A stretch of DNA of 64,000 bases from Myxococcota bacterium (GCA_040386535.1 JAZKFH010000025.1:1-64000); one strand, 5' to 3'; shown: positions 1-11,850, counted from the stretch's first letter. The notes: generated by a model from the letters alone, not told the origin. Numbers and translations: made by a program.

Positions 1-207
1 GTTCTCCGGTTCTCCGGTTCTCCGGTTCTCCGGTTCTCCGGTTCTCCGGTTCTCCGGTTCTCCGGTTCTCCGGTTCTCCGGTTCTCCGGTTCTCCGGTTC
101 TCCGGTTCTCCGGTTCTCCGGTTCTCCGGTTCTCCGGTTCTCCGGTTCTCCGGTTCTCCGGTTCTCCGGTTCTCCGGTTCTCCGGTTCTCCGGTTCTCCG
201 GTTCTCC
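1..207. repeat. perfect 8-bp tandem repeat (GTTCTCCG)n, 25 full copies plus a partial, running off the window start
   Basis: Read directly; ends at GTTCTCC (201-207), 8 bp from the CBS stop codon. Confidence 0.98.
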
Positions 208-215
208 CCAGCCGA

Positions 216-1586
<1,371 letters not shown>

Positions 1587-1703
1587 GGGGGCCTCTCGGT
1601 AGACGGGGGTACGGAGCGAGGCGGCCCCCCTAACGTGTCGCCGTTGGGGAAGGCGCGCTCGGGGAGTGCGGCGTAAGTCGGCGGGTGACGTTAGACGCGC
1701 GGC

Positions 1704-2432
1704 ATGGCCGAAGGCACCTGGGACTTCTACTTCACGCACGACGGCGAAGTGCCGCTCGTGATCGCGCTCGATCTCGCGATGGGGCCCCAAGCCCCGCGCC
1801 CCGAGCTCCCCGAGCGGCTGATCGTGTCGGTGCGCATGAAGGCGCCGATGGCGAACGGCCTGCGCTCCTCCGTCGAGGCGTCCGCGTTGTTCGACCTGGA
1901 GGATCGCCTGAGCCAGGTCATGGAGGCCGCCGGCTGGGCGCCGGTCGGGCGCGTCATGACGCGTGGGCGTTCGGACTTCATCTACTACGGGCCGATCGGC
2001 GAGGTTCCCGTGCTGCCGCTGGGCGAGTACGAGGCCACCACGCTGCCGCACACCGACGCGAGCTGGGATCTGTACCGCAACTTCTTGTGGCCGGGCGCGC
2101 GCGAGTGGCAACAGATGCAGAACCGCCGCGTGGTGATCCAACTCAAGAGCGCCGGCGACCAGCTCGACGTGCCGCGTGTCATCGATCACATGGCCCGCGC
2201 GGTGGACGAGGACGCGGCCAACGCCGCTGTCGAGGTGCTCACCGCGGCCGGCTTCGTGGTGCGCACGCCCGAGGCGAACGAGAACGGCTCCTGGCGCATC
2301 CTTTTTGACAAGGAGGACGCCCCCGCGCAGATGGACGGCGTGACCGCCGCGGTGCTCGACGCCATCGAGGGCATGGACGACGTGGACTACGAAGGGTGGG
2401 GCTGCGCCGTGGTCGAGGAAGAGGCGAAGTAG
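1704..2432 (+). CDS. DUF695 / RraB-like domain protein
   Basis: WDFY N-terminus, W..Y..FL.P, N..V...L...GD.L...R.IDH and C-terminal DYEGWGC are typical of DUF695-RraB fusions. Confidence 0.7.
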   Translation: MAEGTWDFYFTHDGEVPLVIALDLAMGPQAPRPELPERLIVSVRMKAPMANGLRSSVEASALFDLEDRLSQVMEAAGWAPVGRVMTRGRSDFIYYGPIGEVPVLPLGEYEATTLPHTDASWDLYRNFLWPGAREWQQMQNRRVVIQLKSAGDQLDVPRVIDHMARAVDEDAANAAVEVLTAAGFVVRTPEANENGSWRILFDKEDAPAQMDGVTAAVLDAIEGMDDVDYEGWGCAVVEEEAK

Positions 2433-2436
2433 CGCG

Positions 2437-3261
2437 TCAGGACCGCTCCGGACGCGCCGCCCGCTGCTGCCGCCGGAACGCCCCCGGGGCCACGCCGTGC
2501 TGCTTGCGGAACGACCGCGCGAACGCGCTCGGGTCCGCGTAGCCGACGCGCTCGGCGATGACATCGACACACTCGTCGGTGTCCACCAAGCGGCGGCGTG
2601 CCTCGGCGAGGCGCCCCGCGCGGATCCACTCGCCGACCGTGCGGCCGGTGGCGAGGCGCACGGCGGTGGTGAGGTGGGCCGGGGAGCGCCGGAGCGTGCG
2701 CGCCACCTCGTCGAGGGTGAGGGGGCCGAGGCAGCGCGCCTCGATCAGCGCGAGGGCGGCGGGCACCAGGGAGGATTCGTCGGGGGAGGGCGCCGGGGTG
2801 ACACGGCTCGCCCGGGACACCTCAGCCAAGATGAGAGTGAGCAGGCTCTCCGTGATCGCGGTCCGATGGGCATCCTGGGCGCCCTGCTCCCGCTGGAGCT
2901 CCTGGAGCAGCGAGAGCACGTGCGCCTGACGCCCGGCGGGGAGCTCCAGGAGGGGCAGGGCGCCGGCGCGCACCCGATCGAAGACGGAGAGGAGCCCCGC
3001 GCGGTCCTCCGAGAGGCAGGTGCGACACACCGCGAGGCCCCACATGTCGGAGTCGTGGGCGGCGAGGATGCGATGCGCGTCCCCCGCCGGGAGCACGTGG
3101 ACGTGGCCAGCCTCCACCTCGAGCTCGCCGCGGTGCTCGATGCGTACCCGCCCGCCCACGTGGAAGGCGAGCACGTCGTAGGAGTGGGTGGCCGGGGCCG
3201 CGCGGCACGGCTGGAGCAGGGTGCCGGTGTGGTGCCGGACGGCGGGCGGGGCGACGGGCAT
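2437..3261 (-). CDS. AraC family transcriptional regulator
   Basis: Cupin-like N-terminus; C-terminal HTH IAERVGYADPSAFARSFRKQHGVAPGAFR. Confidence 0.9.
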   Translation of the reverse strand: MPVAPPAVRHHTGTLLQPCRAAPATHSYDVLAFHVGGRVRIEHRGELEVEAGHVHVLPAGDAHRILAAHDSDMWGLAVCRTCLSEDRAGLLSVFDRVRAGALPLLELPAGRQAHVLSLLQELQREQGAQDAHRTAITESLLTLILAEVSRASRVTPAPSPDESSLVPAALALIEARCLGPLTLDEVARTLRRSPAHLTTAVRLATGRTVGEWIRAGRLAEARRRLVDTDECVDVIAERVGYADPSAFARSFRKQHGVAPGAFRRQQRAARPERS

Positions 3262-3264
3262 GCC

Positions 3265-4170
3265 CTACCGTAGCCGGGCGACCACGTCTTCGTGCGTGAG
3301 CCCGTGGTTCATCATGGCGGCGGCCATCGTACCGGCGGCGGCGGCGGCGACGGCGCCCTGGAACATCGTCGTCGCGTCGCCGGCCACGTGCACGCCGGGC
3401 ATCGAGCTCTCCTTCATCTCGCTCACCTTGACCAGGCCCTGGTCGTCCAGCGCGAGGCCGAGGCGGGTGACGATCGCCGTCGGGCGTTGCTCCGGGCGGA
3501 GGAACAGGGAGGTCGCGGACACGATCTCGCCTCCTTCGACCTCGATCTGTTGGAGGTGTCCCGCGTCGGAGTGGAGCCGCGCGATGCTCCGGGTCTCGAC
3601 GCGCACGCCCGCCTCCGCGAATTGCGCGAGGACCTCCGCGGAGAGCGTACGCCCGTCGGTGAAGACGGTCAGGCGGGAGGTCCAGCCGAGGAGGAGGAGC
3701 GCCCACGGGGCGAGCGCGTCGGCCGTGACGTACACGCCCCAGGGCTGGTCCTGGCCCTCCCAACCGTGGCAGTAGGGGCATTGGAAGGCGCTGGTGCCCC
3801 ACACCTCGGCGAGGCCAGGGATGGGCGGCGGAACGTCGACGATGCCGGTGGAGAGGAGCACGCGGCGTGTGGTCTCGACGGTGCCGTCCTCGAGCGTGAC
3901 GTGGAGGCGGTCGCCGTCACGCGCGATGTCGACCACGCGCGCCTCGCGGGCCTCGACCGAGGGGTAGGCGCGCAGATCGGCGTGCGCGGCGGCGCGGAAG
4001 TCGCGGGGCGAGATGCCGTCGCGGGTGACGAAGTTGTGGACCCCCACCGCGCGGGCGTTGCGCGCCGGGCCCGCGTCGAGGAGGAGGGTGCGCTTGCGCG
4101 CGCGGCCCAACATGAGGGCGGCGGAGAGGCCGGCGGGGCCGCCGCCGACGAGGATGACATCTTGGTGCAT
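3265..4170 (-). CDS. NAD(P)/FAD-dependent oxidoreductase, thioredoxin-reductase-like
   Basis: DVILVGGGPAGLSAA FAD motif, CPYCHGWE redox motif, GVHVAGD; ATG at 4170. Confidence 0.88.
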   Translation of the reverse strand: MHQDVILVGGGPAGLSAALMLGRARKRTLLLDAGPARNARAVGVHNFVTRDGISPRDFRAAAHADLRAYPSVEAREARVVDIARDGDRLHVTLEDGTVETTRRVLLSTGIVDVPPPIPGLAEVWGTSAFQCPYCHGWEGQDQPWGVYVTADALAPWALLLLGWTSRLTVFTDGRTLSAEVLAQFAEAGVRVETRSIARLHSDAGHLQQIEVEGGEIVSATSLFLRPEQRPTAIVTRLGLALDDQGLVKVSEMKESSMPGVHVAGDATTMFQGAVAAAAAGTMAAAMMNHGLTHEDVVARLR

Positions 4171-4352
4171 GCCCCAATGTCGCCCGGCGCCGGAATCGCA
4201 CCAGGGCCGCATTTGCGCGCGGCCGTGCCGCAGTTTCGACGGGCATCGGGGACGCGAGTGGATCCGTCGGTCCGGTCGGCCCGCGGCGTTCCCGCCAACG
4301 TCGTGTTCGCGACCCGTGCCGCGCCGCGCGTGGACCGGATAAGCCGCCGGCC

Positions 4353-5300
4353 ATGCGTCACGAAAAGGTCGTCATCCTCGGCTCCGGCCCCGCCGGGCTC
4401 ACCGCCGCGCTCTACGCCGCCCGCGCCAGCCTCGATCCGCTGGTGTTGGAGGGCATGCAGCCCGGTGGTCAGCTCACCATCACCACCGACGTGGACAACT
4501 ACCCGGGGTTCCCCGAGGGTGTCCTCGGGCCCGAGCTCATGGAGCGCATGAAGGCCCAGGTGGAGCGCTTCGGCACCCGCTTCGAGTTCGACGAGGTCGA
4601 GTCCTGCGATCTGTCGGTCCGTCCCTTCGTGCTCACGACGGCGAACGGCCAGAAGATCGCGACGGAGACCCTCATCATCGCGACCGGCGCCTCGGCCAAG
4701 TACCTCGGCCTCGAGAGCGAGACCCGGCTGCGCGGCTACGGCGTGAGCGCCTGCGCCACGTGCGACGGGTTCTTCTTCAAGCAGCAGGAGATCGTGGTCG
4801 TGGGCGGCGGCGACACCGCGATGGAGGAGGCCACCTTCCTCACCAAGTTCGCCGCCAAGGTGTACTGCATCGTGCGGCGCGACGTGTTGCGCGCCAGCAA
4901 GGCGATGCAGGAGCGCGCGCTCAAGAACCCGAAGCTCGAGTTCATCTGGAACAGCGAGATCACCGAAGTGCTCGGGGACAAGTCGGTCGAAGGCGTGCGC
5001 ATCCGCAACGTCGTCACCGGTGAGGAGTACGTAAAACCGGTGACGGGCATGTTCCTCGGCATCGGCCACCAGCCCAACACCCGCGCGTTCATCGACTGGC
5101 TCGATCACGACGAGGCCGGCTACCTCATCACGACCCCCGGCCGCACCGCCACGAACGTGCCCGGCGTGTTCGCGTGTGGCGACGCCCAGGATCACTACTA
5201 CCGGCAGGCGGTCACCGCGGCGGGCAGCGGGTGTCAGGCCGCGATCGAGGCCGAGCGCTGGATCGAAGACCAGAAGCATGGCGGCGGCTCGACCCACTAG
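4353..5300 (+). CDS. trxB: thioredoxin-disulfide reductase
   Basis: GSGPAG, GGQL, NYPGF, VSACATCDGFFF, GGGDTAMEEA, GD..D..YRQA. Confidence 0.96.
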   Translation: MRHEKVVILGSGPAGLTAALYAARASLDPLVLEGMQPGGQLTITTDVDNYPGFPEGVLGPELMERMKAQVERFGTRFEFDEVESCDLSVRPFVLTTANGQKIATETLIIATGASAKYLGLESETRLRGYGVSACATCDGFFFKQQEIVVVGGGDTAMEEATFLTKFAAKVYCIVRRDVLRASKAMQERALKNPKLEFIWNSEITEVLGDKSVEGVRIRNVVTGEEYVKPVTGMFLGIGHQPNTRAFIDWLDHDEAGYLITTPGRTATNVPGVFACGDAQDHYYRQAVTAAGSGCQAAIEAERWIEDQKHGGGSTH

Positions 5301-5372
5301 GCTCCTGAACCAGGCTCCTGGGCTCGGGGGCCCCGAGTGCATTAGACTCCGGGCTCCTTCCCCGGAGCGCCT

Positions 5373-6728
5373 TTGCTCTTGCTGCTCGCCTCCTTGTCCG
5401 GCGCCGCCTTCGCGCAGGACATCCCCTTCGAACGGTACGACCTGCCCAACGGGCTGCAGGTCATCCTCCATGAGGACCACAGCCTCCCGCAGGTCGTGGT
5501 CGACATCTGGTACCAGGTGGGCTCGAAGGACGAGGCGCCCGGCCGCTCCGGCTTCGCGCACATGTTCGAGCACCTCATGTTCATGGGAACGGACCGGCTG
5601 CCGGGCAGCGGGTTCGACCAGGTGATGGAGGCCTACGGTGGGGCCAACAACGCCTGGACCATGGAGGACGCGACCAACTACTACGAGATCGGCCCGCCGA
5701 ACCTGCTCTCCACGTTCTTGTGGATGGAAGCGGACCGGATGGAGGCGCTCGGCAAGGCGATGACGCAGGAGAAGGTCGATCTCCAGCGTGAGGTCGTGCG
5801 CAACGAGCGCCGCCAGTCCTACGAGGACGAGCCCTACGGCGTCGCGTGGCTCGAGGTCCCGACGCTCCTGTACCCGGCGGGCCACCCGTACGCGCACACC
5901 GTCATCGGCAGCCACGAGGATCTGCAGGCGGCCTCGCTCCAGGACGTGAAGGACTTCTTCGCGAGCTGGTACGTGCCCAACAACGCCTCGCTCGTCGTCG
6001 CGGGGGACTTCGATCCCGCCACGGTCAAGCCGCTGATAGAGAAGTACTTCGGGCACATCCCCAAGCGGGACCTGCCGGCGCGGCCCAACCCGGCCGTCGT
6101 CAGCGCCCCGCAGAAGCCGGGCGTCGAGGTCGCCGACCAGGTGCAGTTCCCGCAGGTGAACCTGTTCTGGCACACGCCCGCCTCGTACGCCGAAGGGGAC
6201 GCCGAGCTGCAGCTGCTCGCCTCGCTGCTCGGGGAGGGGGAGTCGAGCCGTCTGTACGAAGCGCTGGTCGTGGGTGGGCTCGCGCAGGATCTCACGGTCA
6301 TGCAGATGCCGACGCAGCTCGGCAGCGCTTTCGTCGTGTCGGCCACGGCGATGGACAAGATCGCGCCCGAGCAGCTCGAGAAGGCGATCCTCGCGCAGAT
6401 CGCCGCCGTCGCGACGAAGGCGCCCAGCGCGCCCGAGATGACACGGCTGAAGAACCAGTTCGAGTACGGCTTCCTGTCCGGCCTCGAATCGCTCCTCCAG
6501 CGCGCCACGCAGCTCAACGAGTACGACGCCTACACCGGCTCGCCCGACTACCTCGCGAAGGACCTCGCCCGCTTCCGCGGCGCCACCGCCGAGGGGCTCC
6601 AGAAGGCCGCTGCCACCTGGCTCAAGCCCGAGCTCGCCGCGAAGATCGTGGTGCGTCCCGAAGCCAAGCCGGTGCCCCCGACCACGCCTCCGGAAAGCAG
6701 CGTCCCGGTCACCAAGGAGGGCAAGTGA
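5373..6728 (+). CDS. M16 family zinc protease, catalytic subunit (secreted)
   Basis: LPNGL, GFAHMFEHLMF (HxxEH), VVRNERR, YVPNNA; signal peptide; TTG start uncertain. Confidence 0.9.
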   Translation: MLLLLASLSGAAFAQDIPFERYDLPNGLQVILHEDHSLPQVVVDIWYQVGSKDEAPGRSGFAHMFEHLMFMGTDRLPGSGFDQVMEAYGGANNAWTMEDATNYYEIGPPNLLSTFLWMEADRMEALGKAMTQEKVDLQREVVRNERRQSYEDEPYGVAWLEVPTLLYPAGHPYAHTVIGSHEDLQAASLQDVKDFFASWYVPNNASLVVAGDFDPATVKPLIEKYFGHIPKRDLPARPNPAVVSAPQKPGVEVADQVQFPQVNLFWHTPASYAEGDAELQLLASLLGEGESSRLYEALVVGGLAQDLTVMQMPTQLGSAFVVSATAMDKIAPEQLEKAILAQIAAVATKAPSAPEMTRLKNQFEYGFLSGLESLLQRATQLNEYDAYTGSPDYLAKDLARFRGATAEGLQKAAATWLKPELAAKIVVRPEAKPVPPTTPPESSVPVTKEGK

Positions 6729-8218
6729 TGTTCCCCGTCTCGCGCCTCGCGCAGCTCGTCCTCTGTGTCCTCCAGGGCGGCGCGCTCGTCGGCCTTCTCG
6801 CCTGCGCGCCCAAGGTCGTGGCGCCCCCCGCCGTCACGGAGGCGCCCGCCGCCCCCGTGGATCTGCTCGGCCCGATGCCGGCGGTCGGCCCCGAAGTCCC
6901 GTTCGCCCTCCCCACGCCGGAGGCAACGAAGCTCTCCAACGGCGCGGGTGTATGGGTGGTCGCGGCGCCCTCGCTCCCGCTCGTCACCGTGACGTTGTCG
7001 GTGCCGGGCGGCGCTTCCGTGGATCCCAAGGGCAAGGAGGGCACCGCCGCCATCGGTGACCGCCTGCTCACCCAGGGCGCCGGGAAGCTCACCGCGCGGG
7101 CGTTCGCGGCCGCTGTCGAGGAGCTCGGCGTCCAGCTCGACGTCGACACCGGGCGCACCGCGTCGACCATCACCATGTCCTTCACCAAGGACAAGATGGG
7201 CCCGGCGCTCGATCTGCTCGCCGACATGGTGCTGCGCCCGCGGCTCACCACGGTCGACTTCATGCGGGAGAAGGACATCCTCGCCTCCGACCTGCGCATG
7301 GAGCAGGACGAGCCCGTGGCCGTAGCCACCAAGCAGGCGTGGGTCCAGTGGTTCGGCCCCGGGCACCCCTACAGCCGCTCGCCGGGCGGCACGGTGAAGG
7401 GGATGGAGGCGGTGACCGGAAAGGACGCCAAGGCCTACCACAAGCTCGCGTGGAACGCGGCGGGCGCCACGTTCACCGTCGCCGGCGCGGTCACCAAGGA
7501 CGAGATCACGGCCGCCCTCGAGCCGCGCCTCGGCAAGCCGTGGAAGGCCGGGAAGGCCGCCCTCGTCACGCTCCCCGCGGTGCCCGAGCACAAGTCCGAG
7601 GCGACGGCGCCCATCGTGCTCGTCGACAAGCCGGGCAGCTCGCAGACGATGTTCTACCTCGTGTTCGACGGGCCGGCGTTCGGGGATCCGTCCCTCGCGC
7701 CGGTCAAGAGCGGCACGGTGGTCCTCGGCGGCACGTTCACGTCGCGCCTCAACGGCCTCTTGCGCGAGAAGCGCGGCTACACCTACGGCGTGCGCGCGGG
7801 CGTGCAGGCGCTCCCTGGCGCCGGTGTCCGCACGATCACGACGCGCATCCGCACGGACGCGACCGGCCCCGCCCTGACCGATCTGGTCGGGGAGCTCGCG
7901 TCGATCCGGGCCGGGGTGACCCCCGAGGAGGTCACCAAGGCCCGCGCCGCGTACCGCCAGGATCTCGTCGAGGCGATGGAGTCCCGCGCCGGCATGGCGG
8001 GCATCTTCGCGCCCTACCAACGCGCGGGGCTCGATCCCGGCGCGCTCGCGGCTGAGCTCGCCGCGATGCAGGCAGTCACGCCCGACCAGGTCAAGGGCGC
8101 CATGAGCGCCTACGATCCCGCCCGGGCCGTCATCGTGATGGTGGGCGACAAGGCCGTGATCCAGGAGCCGCTCGCGAAGGCGGGGTTCGACAAGATCGTG
8201 GTGGTCGAGCCGCTGTGA
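6728..8218 (+). CDS. M16 family protease, non-catalytic partner subunit (lipoprotein)
   Basis: TGATG coupling to upstream gene; LSNG, FTSRLN..LREKRGYTYG; lacks HxxEH; LLAC lipobox. Confidence 0.88.
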   Translation: MFPVSRLAQLVLCVLQGGALVGLLACAPKVVAPPAVTEAPAAPVDLLGPMPAVGPEVPFALPTPEATKLSNGAGVWVVAAPSLPLVTVTLSVPGGASVDPKGKEGTAAIGDRLLTQGAGKLTARAFAAAVEELGVQLDVDTGRTASTITMSFTKDKMGPALDLLADMVLRPRLTTVDFMREKDILASDLRMEQDEPVAVATKQAWVQWFGPGHPYSRSPGGTVKGMEAVTGKDAKAYHKLAWNAAGATFTVAGAVTKDEITAALEPRLGKPWKAGKAALVTLPAVPEHKSEATAPIVLVDKPGSSQTMFYLVFDGPAFGDPSLAPVKSGTVVLGGTFTSRLNGLLREKRGYTYGVRAGVQALPGAGVRTITTRIRTDATGPALTDLVGELASIRAGVTPEEVTKARAAYRQDLVEAMESRAGMAGIFAPYQRAGLDPGALAAELAAMQAVTPDQVKGAMSAYDPARAVIVMVGDKAVIQEPLAKAGFDKIVVVEPL

Positions 8219-8226
8219 CGGAGGGG

Positions 8227-8256
8227 GGCCCCTCTCTCTCCGAGAGGAGAGGGGCC
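8227..8256. terminator. GC-rich hairpin between convergent genes
   Basis: GGCCCCTCTC (8227-8236) pairs with GAGAGGGGCC (8247-8256); no U-tract. Confidence 0.5.
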
Positions 8257-8264
8257 GACCGGCC

Positions 8265-9392
8265 TTAGTAGACCGAGATCTTGGTGATCGCGGCCTTCAC
8301 GTTGAAGCCGTCCACACCCTTGGCGGCGGCGAGCGTGTCCATCCCGTCGGCGTGGCCGATCTCGCCGAGTGCCCAGGCCGCGTTCTCCTGGAGGGAGTTC
8401 TTGGCCTTCTTGTCCTGGATGATGGCCTCGGCCACCGGGATGGTGCCCAGCGCGCCGATCTTGCCGAGGTCGCGGAGGCGATCGGCGCGATCGCCCACGT
8501 CGTTCGCCTCGTCCTTCACGAACGCGATCCAGTCGTCCACCTGCTTCTGGAGCACGGGGCCGAAGGACTCGGTCTTGGCGGGGAGGAGGCTCGCCTTGTC
8601 CACGCCGTGCGGCGCGGCGGCGCTCATCGGGGGCAGGTTCTTGCCCTTCTTGATGCCGACCGCGGCGTCGACGAGCGTGGTGCGCAGGATCCCGCCCACC
8701 TCGGCGGTGGTCGCCGTGTAGAAAGCGAACTGGTCCTTGTCGTCGGGGAGGGCGGAGACGAGGCCGCTCACGCCGCCCGACATCGCGCCCATGACCATGC
8801 CCGCGGTGCCGCTGGTGCCCGCGAGGTACTGGAGCTTGAACACCGCGTTGCCCGACTTGTCGACACCCACGGTCTCGACCAGGTACTCGACCGCGTTGGC
8901 GGTGTTGCTGAACAAGCGGAGGTTCGTGTAGACCACGAGGTCGGCTTCCGTGCCGGCGGTGACCTTCTTCTTCCAGGCCTTGGTGACACCCTGGAGGTAG
9001 GCGATCTGCATGTCCTGGACGAGCTTCTCGCCGGACACCTTGTAGCGGCCCATCGAGTTGCGGGCGGGCGCGACGGCCACGGACTTGTAGGTGTCGGGGG
9101 CAAAGCCCTCGGCGAACCAGGCCCACTCGGCCTTGGAGAACTTCTGCATCCCGGCCGTGTCGCCGAGGAACGCGGACGGGGCCACCATCTCCTTGGACTT
9201 CTTGAGCGAGGTGATGATCGCGTCCTTCGACCAGGCGTCGCGCGCGGGATCCCACCAGCCGTCGGCGGGGAGGGCGACGCCGATCGTGCCGTCGGCCGGG
9301 GCATCGGCAGGGGCCGCGGGTGCGTCCTCGGCGAACGCGGGCGCCGCGAAGAGGGGAGAGGCGAGCAGGGCGAGGGCGAGCAACATGCGCAT
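8265..9392 (-). CDS. secreted protein with C-terminal HEAT/PBS-lyase-like repeats
   Basis: Signal peptide ending APAFA; LRDLGKIG and NAAWALGEIG HEAT-like motifs; strong GC3 bias. Confidence 0.7.
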   Translation of the reverse strand: MRMLLALALLASPLFAAPAFAEDAPAAPADAPADGTIGVALPADGWWDPARDAWSKDAIITSLKKSKEMVAPSAFLGDTAGMQKFSKAEWAWFAEGFAPDTYKSVAVAPARNSMGRYKVSGEKLVQDMQIAYLQGVTKAWKKKVTAGTEADLVVYTNLRLFSNTANAVEYLVETVGVDKSGNAVFKLQYLAGTSGTAGMVMGAMSGGVSGLVSALPDDKDQFAFYTATTAEVGGILRTTLVDAAVGIKKGKNLPPMSAAAPHGVDKASLLPAKTESFGPVLQKQVDDWIAFVKDEANDVGDRADRLRDLGKIGALGTIPVAEAIIQDKKAKNSLQENAAWALGEIGHADGMDTLAAAKGVDGFNVKAAITKISVY

Positions 9393-9399
9393 GGAGAGT

Positions 9400-9450
9400 C
9401 CGGGTGGCAGGGAGGGCCGGGTGGCAGGGAGGGCCGGGTGGCAGGGAGGG
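9400..9450. repeat. 17-bp tandem repeat CCGGGTGGCAGGGAGGG x3
   Basis: Three perfect copies at 9400, 9417 and 9434, intergenic. Confidence 0.95.
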
Positions 9451-9457
9451 GAGGTGG

Positions 9458-10504
9458 CTAACGCGCGAGCATACGCCGGGCTCCCGCCGTTTCTTCACCG
9501 CGCCCGTCGGTTGCGGCCACCCAGGCATCGAGCCGCTCCCACTCGCGGTACAACCAATCGACGCGGGCGTCGCGATCGGCAGGGATGCTCGCGCGCGGGC
9601 ACCGCCAGAACACCACCCGCACGGAGCGGCCCACCAACGCGCCGTTCCAGAGGTCTCCCAGGCGGAGCGCGCCGTCGAACCCGACGTGCCCGCAGAAGAC
9701 GACGTCCGCGTCGGGCGCCGCGTCGAGCAGGGCGAGCGTGCCGCCGAGCCGGGGTGGGAGCACGTGGGTGAGCCCGGCCGCGCGCACGGCGAGGGCTGGG
9801 TCGCCGCCGGCGGAGAGCCGCGCCAGGGCCTCGGCGCGACGCCTCGGAGAGAACCGGGTGCCCTCGGGGAAGAGCAGTGCTCCGTCGGTGGGGCCCAGGT
9901 TTGTCGCGAGGGCTCGCACGTTGGCGAGCTCGCGTGCCGGGTCGCGGCTGCCCCGCCGCACGAACACGTTGGGGAGCCGCTGGCCGACGATGTCCAGGCA
10001 GGGATCCCACAAGAGCTCCCGCTTGAGCACGTACCGCAGGCGGATCCCGAGCCGCGTGGAGACGAACACGGCGGGGAGCAGCGTGTCCGCCACGCTCGCG
10101 TGCCGGACCAGCAGCAGGATCGGCCCAGGCGCGGCGCAGTCCACCCCCTCGACCGCCACGCGCAAATCGAAGAGGCGCTCGCCGGCACGGAACAAGGTGC
10201 CTGCCCACCAACACTGGAGCCGGAAGTTGCGTTCGAGCCACCGCGTCCGGTCGCGTCCGGTGGTGACATGTGTCACCCACAACCCTGCGCTCGCCAACAC
10301 GCCGAGCTGCTCGCACACGAGGTACACCAGCATCATGGCGAGAAAGCGGGTCGTGCCGAGGCGCGCGCCGCGGACGAGGTCGACGCTGAGGGCGAGGGGC
10401 AGCAGCACGGGCAGGAGGGTGAACAGCATGACGCTCGCGACGACGTGGGCGCCGACACTCCCAAATCGGCGGCCCCAGCGGCGCGTGAGCGGCTCGTCGG
10501 TCAC
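9458..10504 (-). CDS. lysophospholipid / 1-acyl-sn-glycerol-3-phosphate acyltransferase family protein
   Basis: RHASVAD (HxxxxD), YVLKREL, FVRR, FPEGTR; GTGA overlap with upstream stop. Confidence 0.85.
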   Translation of the reverse strand: MTDEPLTRRWGRRFGSVGAHVVASVMLFTLLPVLLPLALSVDLVRGARLGTTRFLAMMLVYLVCEQLGVLASAGLWVTHVTTGRDRTRWLERNFRLQCWWAGTLFRAGERLFDLRVAVEGVDCAAPGPILLLVRHASVADTLLPAVFVSTRLGIRLRYVLKRELLWDPCLDIVGQRLPNVFVRRGSRDPARELANVRALATNLGPTDGALLFPEGTRFSPRRRAEALARLSAGGDPALAVRAAGLTHVLPPRLGGTLALLDAAPDADVVFCGHVGFDGALRLGDLWNGALVGRSVRVVFWRCPRASIPADRDARVDWLYREWERLDAWVAATDGRGEETAGARRMLAR

Positions 10505-11850
10505 GGGAGCCGCAACACCGTGGCGTTCGCTTCCTTGGGGCCCCACACGACGATCTCGGCGCGTCCGTCCCCGGTGAGGTCATGCACGAACAACGTGTCG
10601 TCCCCGATGGGAACCCGGGTCGCCACTTCCCACGCCACGGCGCTCTCCAGGCCACCCGCCTTGCCGCGGTACACCCGCACGCGATCCTCGGCGTCGTTCG
10701 TGACCAGATCGATGCGGCCGTCGCCGTCCACGTCGGCTTTGAGCGTCGCCTGGAACCGGCCGGGCGACTCCAGCGGAAACCCGAACGTCCGGAGCGTCGC
10801 GGGCGCCTGGAACGTGCCGCTCTCCATGCGGAACAACGTGAGATCCACCCGCGCGCTCTTGGCGAGCAGGGCCCGCGCGATCGTGCCGATGCCGACGTCG
10901 ACGAGGGGCGTGACGAAGTCCTTGTCGCCGTCTCCGTCGAGATCGAGCAGCTCCATGCCGAACGCCGCCGCGTTCACGGGGATGACCTGGAGCGCGTTGA
11001 AGCCGTCGCCGCGCCCCTTCGCCCACACGATCTCGGCCGTGGCGCCGAACCAGCTCCCGGCGAGCACGAGCCGGTTTACCGCGAGGTCGATCTTGCCGTC
11101 CCCATCGAGATCCTCGAGCCACACACCGCTGATGCGCCGCTTCGTCTCGCCCGGCTTGGGATCCTCGTCGGGGGGCTCCAGATCCAGGGGCAACGCGAGG
11201 GACGCGGCGCGCACGCCGATGGTGTCCCCCGTGTAGTACGCGCCCAGCTTCGCGCCCGACGGCAGCAACAGGTCCAGCTTGCCGTCCCCGTCGAGGTCGG
11301 CCACGGCGAGGGGCGGCGGGGAGAGCGTGGCGTTGGTCGCGGCGCCGCCGGTGGACCAATCGACGGAGAGCGCCCCCTCCGCGGGCGCGCTGATGCCGCC
11401 GAGCGCGGTGCCGTCGGCGCGGAAGGCGAGGTACTTGCCGGCCGACCAGGCGATCAGCTCGGGTTTGTCGTCGCCGTCGAGATCGTGGGCGACGGGCGCC
11501 CACTGGGGCGTGGTGGGCCCGAGCGCCGCGAGCACGGTGGGGAAGCGGGCGATCCGGGTGGCCGCGCCGGTGGCGGGATCGAGCTTCACGAGGCCCTCCC
11601 GGTCGAGCGCCCAGAGGCCGTGGTCCGCCTCCCACAGGAGCGGGCGGCTGCCGAGGTCGAGCTCCCTGCGCGAGCCGAGCGCGCCCGCGTCGGTGAAGGC
11701 GAGGATCGTGACCTTGACCGTGTCGGGGACGCCAGGCCGTGTGGCGCGGCTGATCACGAGCAGCTCGTCGCGACCGTCGCCGTCGACATCCCCCGCGCGG
11801 AGCTCGGCGGCGTCGGGCGGGAGGGGGACGGGCAGGGAGACGAGGGGCAT
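10501..11850 (-). CDS. FG-GAP / VCBS repeat protein
   Basis: Seven DxDGDG-type motifs (e.g. [29 protein letters not shown]). Confidence 0.85.
   Translation of the reverse strand: MPLVSLPVPLPPDAAELRAGDVDGDGRDELLVISRATRPGVPDTVKVTILAFTDAGALGSRRELDLGSRPLLWEADHGLWALDREGLVKLDPATGAATRIARFPTVLAALGPTTPQWAPVAHDLDGDDKPELIAWSAGKYLAFRADGTALGGISAPAEGALSVDWSTGGAATNATLSPPPLAVADLDGDGKLDLLLPSGAKLGAYYTGDTIGVRAASLALPLDLEPPDEDPKPGETKRRISGVWLEDLDGDGKIDLAVNRLVLAGSWFGATAEIVWAKGRGDGFNALQVIPVNAAAFGMELLDLDGDGDKDFVTPLVDVGIGTIARALLAKSARVDLTLFRMESGTFQAPATLRTFGFPLESPGRFQATLKADVDGDGRIDLVTNDAEDRVRVYRGKAGGLESAVAWEVATRVPIGDDTLFVHDLTGDGRAEIVVWGPKEANATVLRLP

Noticed and set aside
1..207. CRISPR array or telomere-like end
   Set aside because: Contiguous 8-bp units with no spacers and no cas genes; cannot be told apart from a contig-end microsatellite
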